51,847 nucleotides of DNA, from positions 1 through 51,847 of the IMG/VR virus record IMGVR_UViG_3300024518_002447; one strand, 5' to 3'. Source of the DNA: a virus (lineage: Duplodnaviria > Caudoviricetes). The notes beneath the pieces are model-generated. The model worked only from the letters and a program-made list of their open reading frames with translations. It made no database searches and was not told where the DNA came from. How positions within the stretch are numbered: the first letter of the stretch is position 1; every line of letters starts with the position of its first letter. This document shows positions 43,117 through 51,728 of the stretch, piece by piece. The translations under genes and the position numbers were made by a program.

Positions 43117-44579
43117 GAAATCACCTCGGCAATGTATTTAGTTAATTTACCAACTTTTTCTTTGCCTACAATCTTATACTTGGTATCTCGCTTCAAGAGT
43201 ATTTCCCATTCCTTTAAACCGGTATCCTTGCGTATGCCGGAGTCGTCAAGCCACGAACCATTATACCCTTTTGGAACCTTGATTTCAAGTAACGCCCCCT
43301 TGTCACCGGTAAATCCCGCCGATGCAGTCTCCCTGTCCAGCGTGGTTGACATAAATCCGTTTTCTTCGAATACTTTGCCTACTGCATTCTTGCCAAAATC
43401 ATCATTGGCTAGCCCGCGAAACACCGTAACATCATCAGGCAATACGCTTTTATTCATCACCGCATCCAATTCATTAACAATCCTCTTCGTATCTTCAAAT
43501 TGCTTCGGGCTGCCTTTCGTTCCCTTCCGGAGATAGTTGTTTACATCGACATAGCCATCACGCTTGTACTCAATAACCGAGTCGTACTCTTTCTGAGTAA
43601 ATGCCGTCTTTGCCGGTTCGAAATTCTGCTTACCCCATTTATCCATACCCTTGCGGCTTTTAACCTTCTGTTTCGGTGTAGCATCCACGGAGGCGGAAAA
43701 ATCTTTAAATTCCTTTGGTGACGGCGGTTTCTTACTTTCGGCCTTAGCCTTCTCTTTGGATAACGGTGGCTTGATTCTTTTTGGCGTTTCTTCAACCACG
43801 GGCTTAGGCTTCTTGGCCTTTGGCTTGACTGCCTTCGTCTCTTTCTTGGTAATGAATTCCTCCAGTTCCTTCAAATTCAACTGCTTCCCATCAGACCGCA
43901 CCATATCGGACAGAGACACCTTCTTATCACGCCAAAGCCGTGCCCGCTCTTTACCAAGTACCTCTTCTTGAAACTTCTGCGGTTGGCTGCGAAGGAACGT
44001 GTCGTAATCCTGCTCGATTGGAACTGTTTTCCTCTGTCGTGCGCCGGTCTGGACGTTCTTGGCTCCAACCGCAGGTTTCTTCAGTGGTATTTCATCGGCT
44101 CCCAGGTCATCGAACTCGATTGCCGGGCGTATCTTGGTTCTGCAATTGAAATGAAATGGCGGAATCGGCCGCTTAGGATCATCGAATTTGTATTTCTTGC
44201 CGGGGTCCCACTGGCGGCATATTGCAGAGGTTCGGTTATCGAAAGTCACGTCGAGGAAATACCCGGATACGAAGTCCTCGTTATTTTCGTAGGTTTTGAG
44301 TTGAGCCTGAGCATTCATGTGAGTCACAGACGTACGCGCAAGCGTGGCTGCCCGTTTCCCGCCAGTCTTGAATACCTCGTCTATGCGGTCTCTGAGTTGT
44401 TCAGAGGTGTCACCGTTTTGGACACCCTGTGTGATCGTCCGCTCGAAGCCGTCAAGGAAGTCGCCCTTCTGCTTCTTGATCCAGTCAGAGAAGCGGAAGC
44501 CCTCTATCGGGATCTCCCGGAGGATGGCGGCGGTTTCGTCGCGGTCTAGTATGTTTACGCCGTTTTTTGTTTTAGGCAT
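43113..44579 (-). CDS. MuF/SPP1 gp7 minor head protein (C-terminal part) fused to an R-S-E ADP-ribosyltransferase
   Basis: LARTSVTH...TFDNRTSAICR...PPFHFNCRT (MuF); Y.RDGY.DVNNYLR...VFRG...GFMSTT...LEIKVPKG...EWEILL (VIP2-like ART). Confidence 0.9.
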   Translation of the reverse strand: MPKTKNGVNILDRDETAAILREIPIEGFRFSDWIKKQKGDFLDGFERTITQGVQNGDTSEQLRDRIDEVFKTGGKRAATLARTSVTHMNAQAQLKTYENNEDFVSGYFLDVTFDNRTSAICRQWDPGKKYKFDDPKRPIPPFHFNCRTKIRPAIEFDDLGADEIPLKKPAVGAKNVQTGARQRKTVPIEQDYDTFLRSQPQKFQEEVLGKERARLWRDKKVSLSDMVRSDGKQLNLKELEEFITKKETKAVKPKAKKPKPVVEETPKRIKPPLSKEKAKAESKKPPSPKEFKDFSASVDATPKQKVKSRKGMDKWGKQNFEPAKTAFTQKEYDSVIEYKRDGYVDVNNYLRKGTKGSPKQFEDTKRIVNELDAVMNKSVLPDDVTVFRGLANDDFGKNAVGKVFEENGFMSTTLDRETASAGFTGDKGALLEIKVPKGYNGSWLDDSGIRKDTGLKEWEILLKRDTKYKIVGKEKVGKLTKYIAEVIS

Positions 44580-45666
44580 TTAAATCCATTGATAAGTTAA
44601 TGTTCTGGCTTTTCATAGATTCCTCTAAATATTTCTCCGGTCTTTTATCGTATTTTTGCGTTGTGGCTACACTTGAATGCCCCATTATATCTGCCACTTT
44701 GCATATATCCACTCCGTTGTCTAGCAGATTCCCACAGAGTGTTCCCCTGAAATCCACCGGTTTTACCTTTATTCCCAATTTTTTACCTACCTCCGAAACG
44801 TGATTGTATATTGCTTGGCCTGATTCAATTCTTTTCGCTATAAGATTGCCTCCTTTGTCGTACCTGTACCACATTCGGCCATCTTCATTACCTCTTACCT
44901 TTATGTATCTATCCAGGATATCCTTTGCCGTACCGGACACCCACACGGGCCTGCTTTTATTCCACTTGCTGTCAAGTACCATTATTTTCCCGCTCGCAGG
45001 ATCATAATTAGTTATATCTAAATTGTGTATTTCGCTTCTCCTCATACCGGTATGCCACAATAGAGATAATACCGCTGCGTACATTATTCCTTGAGGCTTA
45101 TTAGTGCGCAGGAAATATTTTACTAACCTTGCTGTATCTTTATTACTTATATGCCTCATGGCTGATTTCCCGTTTCGCTTAAACCCTTTTGCAGCATTAT
45201 GGCATTCTAGCATTGCGTCAGATTCCATTATACCTATCTCCCAGCACACACTAATAACCCCTCTTAAAACGGTCATTTTCATGCACCTTGAATCCGGGGA
45301 CAAATTCATATCTTGCAGCCTTGCCCGAATAAACTCAATATGACACTTCCTTATCTTATGCCATGCCACCTCATAAATATTAGGCTTAGTATTGCCGAGT
45401 AATATTATAGCCACTGTCTTAAGGGCACCCTTATATGACCTCGCTGTGCCTTTGCGTTGCTTTGATAAATATATCATGGCAGGATTATGTTTATACGCTC
45501 CGTAAATATAATTTGCTATTTCATTTATGTTGCTGTGTGGATCATTAACTATTTCTGGCTCAAGAGCTTTATGCTCACCACTTATTACTATTTTCTTCAG
45601 GCTTGCCTCTTCATCAAATAGGCATATTTGTAATTCTGATTTTTTATTTATCTTATTTCTATTCAC
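44572..45666 (-). CDS. Tyrosine recombinase/integrase
   Basis: TGMRRSEI, SKWNKSR, PVDFRGT, IMGHSSVATTQKYD; N-terminal core-binding region; AT-rich codon usage. Confidence 0.92.
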   Translation of the reverse strand: MNRNKINKKSELQICLFDEEASLKKIVISGEHKALEPEIVNDPHSNINEIANYIYGAYKHNPAMIYLSKQRKGTARSYKGALKTVAIILLGNTKPNIYEVAWHKIRKCHIEFIRARLQDMNLSPDSRCMKMTVLRGVISVCWEIGIMESDAMLECHNAAKGFKRNGKSAMRHISNKDTARLVKYFLRTNKPQGIMYAAVLSLLWHTGMRRSEIHNLDITNYDPASGKIMVLDSKWNKSRPVWVSGTAKDILDRYIKVRGNEDGRMWYRYDKGGNLIAKRIESGQAIYNHVSEVGKKLGIKVKPVDFRGTLCGNLLDNGVDICKVADIMGHSSVATTQKYDKRPEKYLEESMKSQNINLSMDLNA

Positions 45667-45710
45667 TTTTCACTCGCTCCTTGGCTTTATTCTAACGAGG
45701 CCGCCGCGCC

Positions 45711-45833
45711 TCATTTAATCGCTTTCGATTTCACCTTTGGCTTAATCATATCAGAGACCGCATTCCAAAACGCTTTCTTTGGAATTCCGGAATAGGTTTC
45801 TTCCGGTTTGATCCACTTGAATTTCTTTTTCAT
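45711..45833 (-). CDS. 40-aa basic peptide
   Basis: MKKKFKWIKPEETYSGIPKKAFWNAVSDMIKPKVKSKAIK; ATGA-coupled. Confidence 0.45.
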   Translation of the reverse strand: MKKKFKWIKPEETYSGIPKKAFWNAVSDMIKPKVKSKAIK

Positions 45834-46126
45834 GTATCCCATCCATCAAACCAATTATTGAATTCCGTTTCTCGACTGAGTTGCAAGGCATCCTTGCACA
45901 CGGTGGATATGGGTTGATTGAACCTTTGCGCTTGCCTGGCTATCCTTAATTGATATCGATCCTTAAATATCGCATTGACATCGGTCGTGTTATCCACTTG
46001 CGCTGAAATCCAAATATCGTCACCATAACTGCATTCAGAACACCGCAAAACATACATGTACTGATTGGTTTCGGAGTCGTAATCACGGGTGCGCTCACAT
46101 TTGGCATTGCAATCCGGGCATTTCAT
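45830..46126 (-). CDS. Zinc-ribbon protein
   Basis: MKCPDC...RCSECSY. Confidence 0.65.
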   Translation of the reverse strand: MKCPDCNAKCERTRDYDSETNQYMYVLRCSECSYGDDIWISAQVDNTTDVNAIFKDRYQLRIARQAQRFNQPISTVCKDALQLSRETEFNNWFDGWDT

Positions 46127-46458
46127 TTCGTATCCTCCATCTGCTTGCCATTCTCCAGAACTTCATCCAACTCCTGAGCCTCGAACCGGCTAACAAGTCC
46201 ACCAACATCAACGAGTTGCTTCCTTAACACCTTCTGCAATTCCCGGTACATATCGTTTAGCACTTTACGGACTTCCACGCGAATAGCCTTGATCCGGGCG
46301 ATTCGTTTCCTGCCACTAAATGGACGTGGATCATTCCGCCTCATAATCCCTTCGATCTTATATTTATGCTGATAAATAATCTGAGATGCCAGGATTTCCA
46401 AGCGGTTCTCGTACCGTTTTATTCCAAACGCCATGCGGAGTTGCCGTGCCTGTGCCAT
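46123..46458 (-). CDS. Probable N-terminal part of the MuF minor head protein
   Basis: After the portal; IKRYEN...FSGRKRIARI..IR...MYREL...QLVDVG..VSRFEAQ.L resembles the helical N-terminus of long MuF proteins. Confidence 0.6.
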   Translation of the reverse strand: MAQARQLRMAFGIKRYENRLEILASQIIYQHKYKIEGIMRRNDPRPFSGRKRIARIKAIRVEVRKVLNDMYRELQKVLRKQLVDVGGLVSRFEAQELDEVLENGKQMEDTK

Positions 46459-46644
46459 TTAATGATACATCCTATCGTTTTCAATAGCCGCTGTGGCAGT
46501 ATTGCAATTATCCAGCATCTCAATAACTGAAATGGCCTTCTCGATACCACAGCGATACCACAACGCTTGGTATCCCGTCATATGTGGATAACGCTCTTCC
46601 AGCCCTAGTAATTCTAATAAGAGAATTTCCGTGGCCGGTTTCAT
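46459..46644 (-). CDS. Hypothetical protein
   Basis: 61 aa, ATGA-coupled to the portal. Confidence 0.55.
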   Translation of the reverse strand: MKPATEILLLELLGLEERYPHMTGYQALWYRCGIEKAISVIEMLDNCNTATAAIENDRMYH

Positions 46645-48248
46645 GGCGCCGACTCCTCTTCCGGCTCTTTCTCCGATTCGCCCTCCTGATTGCCGGTTAT
46701 CTCGGCCAAGGCAAGCGGAAACGAACCACCAAGTTTATTATTACTGCTCAATGAATCGGCTTCGATATCTGCAACCATCTGGTCAATATCCGTTTCAGAT
46801 CTTATGATTTCGCCTTTCTTGAGGAGGTGGAACATTTCCTCAAATGATATCGCGCTCTCTAGATAGAGCTGAAGTATTGCCTGTATTTTCTGTGGATTGA
46901 GGTCAATCGGGTCAAAATCATTATTCAGTTCGATTCGAACATCGTCTGTATTTACCTCTACGCCGGATACCCACATCAAATGCCATCTCGCGCAACGAGT
47001 TAGTGACCGCGACACCTGGCGAACAATCTTACCGAGAATAGACGTTTCGCCCGACTGCCGTATCGTTGCAGTTTCGGCGGCCTCCACCTGCCGCCTTTCT
47101 GGTGCAAGTACACGGCTGCCTATCTTGGCCATATTGGCCTCGTCTCTATCCATCGCCCGTTCTATCGATGTGATTCCACCTCCAGAAAATTCAAGAAAAC
47201 CGACTTGTGCCCCCACCTGGTTCGTAGTCCACACGGTGTCTGTCCCGAATTTAAAAGTACCGTCTTGCTCTGGCTGAAATCCTGCAGCCCACGGTGTTGG
47301 CACACCACAGATATGCACCGCGTTCTCCAGGTCTGCCGATTTCCGATACCAAGCCATATTTATATTGACTAAATCCAATAGCGGAGAAGGATCGACGCGG
47401 TTGCCTTTTTTCTTTGGTGCTACCACCTCGAAGGGGATAAAATCCATTACCGAGTTGTTCATTAGCGGAATTATCTCCTCGACCACTTGCCAATCCTTTT
47501 CAACAATTTCATAGATACGCTGGATGTAAACCGTACGCATCTCGTTGTTGAATTCAGGTAACTCTGTATCTTTCAAAGCCAGTTCACGTATCCGAGGGAT
47601 TGAAATCATTGCAAACTCATTATCCGGGTCTTGCTCGGTACGCGATTCCCTCAATCTGACATTATCAAGCACCAATTCATTATTGATCCATTGCCAGTGG
47701 CAATTTATGATTTCCTCCGCCCTGAACAACGTCCAGGACGGCCTAATATTCATTTTCTCCGCCTCTGCAACGGAAATGCCATCATATCCCATCCGTGGCA
47801 TGTCGACCAAAATACCACAATAGTTCTTCTTCAACTTTTCAACGAGAACCTCTTCCGAAAAGTCTTCAATCGGATCGCCCGACTTTGTAATGTCTTCAAA
47901 ATCATCCTCTATTGCTGCAACGCCTTCCAGGATAGGGTCCTTTCTCATAACGAGGCCGGACAACCCCTCGATTGTTCTCCGTGTTGCATTGAAAAATTGT
48001 GCTCGATCCCGGTATTTGCCATATTTTTCTATACCAGATTGGCGACCAGGCTGATCGACAGCATCATCGAAATGGCTTGATAGTTTCGGCAGATATGCCG
48101 TACCTGGATAATCGCTCCCGCTCGCTCTTGCCTTGATCGTCCGCTCGCCGTTATGGGCATCGTTCATTTTAAGCCAATCTGGGAGATTATATGTATAGAA
48201 TTGGCTTTCTGTATCCGGTTTTAACGTTTTTACATTGCTATCCACCAT
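46641..48248 (-). CDS. Portal protein (DUF4055 type)
   Basis: YLPK...Y..Y.DRA.FFNAT.RT..GL.G.V.RKDP...CGILVDMP...PLLDL..IN.A.YR.SAD.E...H..G.PTP. Confidence 0.92.
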   Translation of the reverse strand: MVDSNVKTLKPDTESQFYTYNLPDWLKMNDAHNGERTIKARASGSDYPGTAYLPKLSSHFDDAVDQPGRQSGIEKYGKYRDRAQFFNATRRTIEGLSGLVMRKDPILEGVAAIEDDFEDITKSGDPIEDFSEEVLVEKLKKNYCGILVDMPRMGYDGISVAEAEKMNIRPSWTLFRAEEIINCHWQWINNELVLDNVRLRESRTEQDPDNEFAMISIPRIRELALKDTELPEFNNEMRTVYIQRIYEIVEKDWQVVEEIIPLMNNSVMDFIPFEVVAPKKKGNRVDPSPLLDLVNINMAWYRKSADLENAVHICGVPTPWAAGFQPEQDGTFKFGTDTVWTTNQVGAQVGFLEFSGGGITSIERAMDRDEANMAKIGSRVLAPERRQVEAAETATIRQSGETSILGKIVRQVSRSLTRCARWHLMWVSGVEVNTDDVRIELNNDFDPIDLNPQKIQAILQLYLESAISFEEMFHLLKKGEIIRSETDIDQMVADIEADSLSSNNKLGGSFPLALAEITGNQEGESEKEPEEESAP

Positions 48249-49744
48249 TAGAATCCAACCGCCTTTACTTTAGAGTGCTTCACTGCGCTATCCATAATTC
48301 GGTAACGGAATTCATCCGCTATGTGATCCTCTACATTCGTGTCGATGTCGTCCGGCTTCTTGCTATCCCGTGGAAGTTCCGGAAAAGTCCGAATAAAGTG
48401 TCTGCACGTATTGAATGCAAATACTCCAGGTTCTTCTTGAATCCATACTTTTTGTTTTTCTTCATCGATTGGCGGGATGCAGGCTTTCAGCATTTTCTTG
48501 ATCTGTGTCCATCCTGATACGCGCTCGTTGTTTGCCGATCTCCACGATACGCCAGCCTTAAGAAACTCATCGAAGATTGATTTGTCGATCATCTTCGTCC
48601 AGATCGAAGGATCGGCAACACCGCCATTCACTTTGTAGCCCATGCGCTTTTCTATTTCAAGAATTCCTTTGGCGATATCACCAGGAAGCATATCAATGCC
48701 CACATTCGGCTCACAGGAGCCATTATCCTTTTCTTTAACACCATACCACTCGGCGATCCTGAACACCGTACCATGTGGATAGTGGCGGCCATTTGGTGCC
48801 TCGGTGCCATCGCTTTCGGCATACCAGCCAACTGAGAACGGTTTTGCTGCACCCCAGTCAAATGAGCGGTTCACGTACCATGAATCAGGTATACGGAATG
48901 GTTCGATTATGTGAATATCGCTATCCCAAATATCGTTAAACATGCCACCTGCAACAATATCCCAATCGCCTTTTTCCATTGCCTTGACAAGTTGTGGATC
49001 TCCGAGGCCACGCAGTCGCGCTAAATAGGCCGGATCGTTTTCTGTGAGAGATGGGTTATCAGTGATTCTTGCAGGAATGTATTGCCGGAGCATTCCACCC
49101 TCATCGTCAGAAGTACGCCATATATCCAACGGCGGCCTTGCCGTTACAAATTGCTCCTTGAAGTAGTTATGCGATACTCCGCCCGGATTAGATGAATACA
49201 CGATACGAGGAAACATTCCCTTATACGCATCGGGAACCGCCACACCAACCATTCGAACCCTAGAACGCAGGAATCTAATTTGCTTCGCGGTAAAATGCGT
49301 AGACTCATCAATGAGCAATAAATGAATTTCGGCACCCTGATAGTTGTAAACGTCTTTTTCATGCTGGCAGTGGCATAGGTGAATGAGTGATCCGTTTCCG
49401 AATCTGATCTTCATTGCCGTCCAGTTGATTTTTAATGCCTTAGTTTGCACCCATGGCATTAAAAGCGCAGGGAAAGCGCTCTCGCCCTCCATGTGGTTCT
49501 TTAGAAGCCCTGGGAATGTACGGCGAAATAGGTATATTTGAATTCCAGCAATGGAAAACGCGAATATTATCGCCATTAAGCGAAGTGCAAAGGATTTACC
49601 GCCACCTGCAGCGCCGCCGAATAGGATTTCAGTGGCCTTTGATCGCAACGCCATCCCCTGCTTTGGATGCAGGCGATATTTAACTTTGTGAGCCGTTTGT
49701 GTGGTCTGCTTCAATTGATATTGCTCCTGAATCGCTATCTCCAT
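48248..49744 (-). CDS. Terminase large subunit
   Basis: FGGAAGGGKS, LLLIDESTHF, SSNPGG, SFDWG, ADPS, EDHIADEFRY. Confidence 0.97.
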   Translation of the reverse strand: MEIAIQEQYQLKQTTQTAHKVKYRLHPKQGMALRSKATEILFGGAAGGGKSFALRLMAIIFAFSIAGIQIYLFRRTFPGLLKNHMEGESAFPALLMPWVQTKALKINWTAMKIRFGNGSLIHLCHCQHEKDVYNYQGAEIHLLLIDESTHFTAKQIRFLRSRVRMVGVAVPDAYKGMFPRIVYSSNPGGVSHNYFKEQFVTARPPLDIWRTSDDEGGMLRQYIPARITDNPSLTENDPAYLARLRGLGDPQLVKAMEKGDWDIVAGGMFNDIWDSDIHIIEPFRIPDSWYVNRSFDWGAAKPFSVGWYAESDGTEAPNGRHYPHGTVFRIAEWYGVKEKDNGSCEPNVGIDMLPGDIAKGILEIEKRMGYKVNGGVADPSIWTKMIDKSIFDEFLKAGVSWRSANNERVSGWTQIKKMLKACIPPIDEEKQKVWIQEEPGVFAFNTCRHFIRTFPELPRDSKKPDDIDTNVEDHIADEFRYRIMDSAVKHSKVKAVGF

Positions 49745-50264
49745 CGGATTGTTCGATTTCTATGAGAAGCGTGGGAGGCATCAGTGGTTGCCCATCCTTG
49801 CCGGTTATTTCGTGCTTTTCGGTGAACATGCCATTGTGCTTGGCCAATCCTTCTAGCGCGCGTGGCTTATCCCACAGGTCAACCTTGAGCCGTCGCTCGG
49901 TTTTGCCCTGGTAGATGCTTTCTGTGAACGTAATGCCCTTGATCGCCATCGCGGTGTTATCATCGATCTCGCTCGAAGGGATAGCAATTGGGATTCCCCG
50001 ATTATCCCAAGATACGATTCTACGGATATCGGAGAAGGCAATTTGAGCCAAGCCGCGGACTATTTTATCCTGTGTTATTTCTGTACGGGCAGCGCGTTTT
50101 TGGAATGATTTTTGAATAAGTTCTGCAATTTGAGGTTTATTGAGGTTTTCATAACCAATTTCGGATGCAGTATTTGGCGAGTACCCAGCTCTGAGCGCCG
50201 CCTTAGTAGCGTTCAAATCAACAAGGTACTCTTGAATGAATCGTTTCTGTTTAGGCGTACACAT
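49680..50264 (-). CDS. Terminase small subunit
   Basis: TPKQKRFIQEYLVDLNATKAALRAGYS...LWDKPRALEGLAKH.GMF. Confidence 0.96.
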   Translation of the reverse strand: MCTPKQKRFIQEYLVDLNATKAALRAGYSPNTASEIGYENLNKPQIAELIQKSFQKRAARTEITQDKIVRGLAQIAFSDIRRIVSWDNRGIPIAIPSSEIDDNTAMAIKGITFTESIYQGKTERRLKVDLWDKPRALEGLAKHNGMFTEKHEITGKDGQPLMPPTLLIEIEQSDGDSDSGAISIEADHTNGSQS

Positions 50265-50502
50265 CGAGAATCACCTCTGGATTCCGCCGCCTGATCTGGG
50301 CGGCCACCGGAACAGGCACACGATAGCAAACTTCAACCTTCCCCCGTTCGACCAATCTATCTATTGTTTGTTGATCGATATGATCGTCTTTTATGATACC
50401 ATGTTTTTTATACACCTTGGCTGCGCGTTGGATTGTTCCAAGGTCATGGCATCCAATTTTAGTAATTGTCAATAACGTATCTCTTGAATTGATATTATTC
50501 AT
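50251..50502 (-). CDS. Hypothetical protein, first gene of the late arm (probably leaderless)
   Basis: 83 aa; ATG lies 7 nt after a TATACT -10 box. Confidence 0.55.
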   Translation of the reverse strand: MNNINSRDTLLTITKIGCHDLGTIQRAAKVYKKHGIIKDDHIDQQTIDRLVERGKVEVCYRVPVPVAAQIRRRNPEVILDVYA

Positions 50503-50509
50503 GTCTGAA

Positions 50510-50538
50510 AGTATAGACTACAATTGCAATTATTTCAA
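50510..50538 (-). promoter_or_regulatory. Sigma70-type promoter facing the terminase operon
   Basis: TTGAAA-17 nt-TATACT; spacer holds palindrome AATTGCAATT. Confidence 0.7.
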
Positions 50539-50630
50539 GAGAAATTACGGCAAGTATTATTTATTTTGAGGATACTGGCCTTCGAATCAACGGGTGTCGT
50601 GGTTAGGGACGTGGCTTTTAGCGACCTACT

Positions 50631-50650
50631 TTGGGTATTGAAATACCCAA
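50631..50650. promoter_or_regulatory. Palindrome between the divergent promoters
   Basis: TTGGGTATT-GA-AATACCCAA. Confidence 0.5.
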
Positions 50651-50733
50651 GTGTCGTCATACCGTTCAAAATAGCACGATTTCATCGATTTGTAAATAGA
50701 TAAAATTATTTCCAAAAAAAGTGAAGAAACCCC

Positions 50734-50762
50734 TTGACTATCTCCACTATTGCGGCTATACT
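50734..50762 (+). promoter_or_regulatory. Sigma70-type promoter of the plus-strand operon
   Basis: TTGACT-17 nt-TATACT with an upstream A-tract. Confidence 0.8.
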
Positions 50763-50795
50763 ACAGACATACAAAACATAAAAAGGAGCAAGCCA

Positions 50796-50948
50796 ATGAA
50801 CCAAGCGCTTCAAGTAAACCTAAGCCTTATCAGCCAGTCGCGAAAAGCCATTTGCAGCAATAGCCGGTATTGGGAGCAATACAAGAGCCTTGGATACCTG
50901 CAATGCCTATGCCGGTTGGATATCCGGATTCAATCGCTACGGGGATAA
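50796..50948 (+). CDS. 50-aa hypothetical protein
   Basis: AAGGAG RBS then MNQALQVNL... Confidence 0.55.
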   Translation: MNQALQVNLSLISQSRKAICSNSRYWEQYKSLGYLQCLCRLDIRIQSLRG

Positions 50949-51003
50949 CGAGAGCCAAGGGGTGGTAACATTACCACCCCGCATTAACCCAAGGAGAAAG
51001 ATT

Positions 51004-51162
51004 ATGGCCGACGTAGTAAGATTTTCAAAAGACGGAGAAACCATGGCGGTATACGATACAGACGAGAGGACATTTAGATTCCCAAACCAGTGGGATATGG
51101 ATCATCTGCCCGTGGGAGATGATCTAACGGAAGACGAAATCGAATACGGATTAGAAGATTAA
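51004..51162 (+). CDS. 52-aa acidic protein
   Basis: AAGGAG RBS then MADVVRFSKDGE...DDLTEDEIEYGLED. Confidence 0.6.
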   Translation: MADVVRFSKDGETMAVYDTDERTFRFPNQWDMDHLPVGDDLTEDEIEYGLED

Positions 51163-51164
51163 AC

Positions 51165-51200
51165 AATAGCAGCGGCCTCTAATCGAGGTCGCTGCTATTT
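51165..51200 (+). terminator. Rho-independent terminator/attenuator
   Basis: AATAGCAGCGGCCTC-TAATC-GAGGTCGCTGCTATT-T. Confidence 0.7.
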
Positions 51201-51225
51201 CAATTTCAATCCAAAGGAGAATGAG

Positions 51226-51474
51226 ATGAATAGCACACAAGAGCAAGTGCTTGAAACTATTTCCAGACTACAACCAGTTTGGAAGTACCGGATTGCGGTA
51301 GAACTCAATCTGCCGCAATCTACTGTCAGAAACGCCATCGACCGGCTTTTGATCCATGGGTACATCGAAGTCACCGAAGGCGCTGGCGAACGTTCTGGAG
51401 GCAAGGAACGGGCATATTACCGCGTAAAACGATCCACCAAATCAAATAAGAACGGAGAACGATTATGTACCTAA
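51226..51474 (+). CDS. Winged-helix DNA-binding protein (MarR/TrmB-like)
   Basis: QEQVLETI...IAVELNLPQSTVRNAIDRLLIHGYIE...RAYYRV. Confidence 0.8.
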   Translation: MNSTQEQVLETISRLQPVWKYRIAVELNLPQSTVRNAIDRLLIHGYIEVTEGAGERSGGKERAYYRVKRSTKSNKNGERLCT

Positions 51475-51677
51475 TATCATTCGACAAGTCGTGTAGCCTT
51501 TATTCCAAGTCTATCGAAATCACAATATCATTAGACGGTAATGTTGCTGGCGAGATGGTGAAAGGCTTAATCTTAGGAGAGGAAATTCGACCAGAAAGTA
51601 TAGAGGAGGCTCTAGAGCTTTTTGAGGAAATAGAATCCGAGCTGGATGATATGAAAGCCAAATATTTAGAGAAATAA
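51465..51677 (+). CDS. Hypothetical acidic protein
   Basis: 70 aa, GGAG RBS. Confidence 0.55.
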   Translation: MYLISFDKSCSLYSKSIEITISLDGNVAGEMVKGLILGEEIRPESIEEALELFEEIESELDDMKAKYLEK

Positions 51678-51728
51678 ACCAGCAACACTACGCAGGGAAG
51701 GACATGAAAACCATTATGGAGGAATACT

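Noticed and set aside
43968-44549. 193-aa plus-strand ORF opposite MuF
   Set aside because: Explained by local codon bias on the coding strand; no independent evidence.
44550-46160. attL/attR direct repeats around the recombinase cassette
   Set aside because: Only a 5-of-6 match (GCCATT/GCCGTT) was found by eye; not enough to call att sites.
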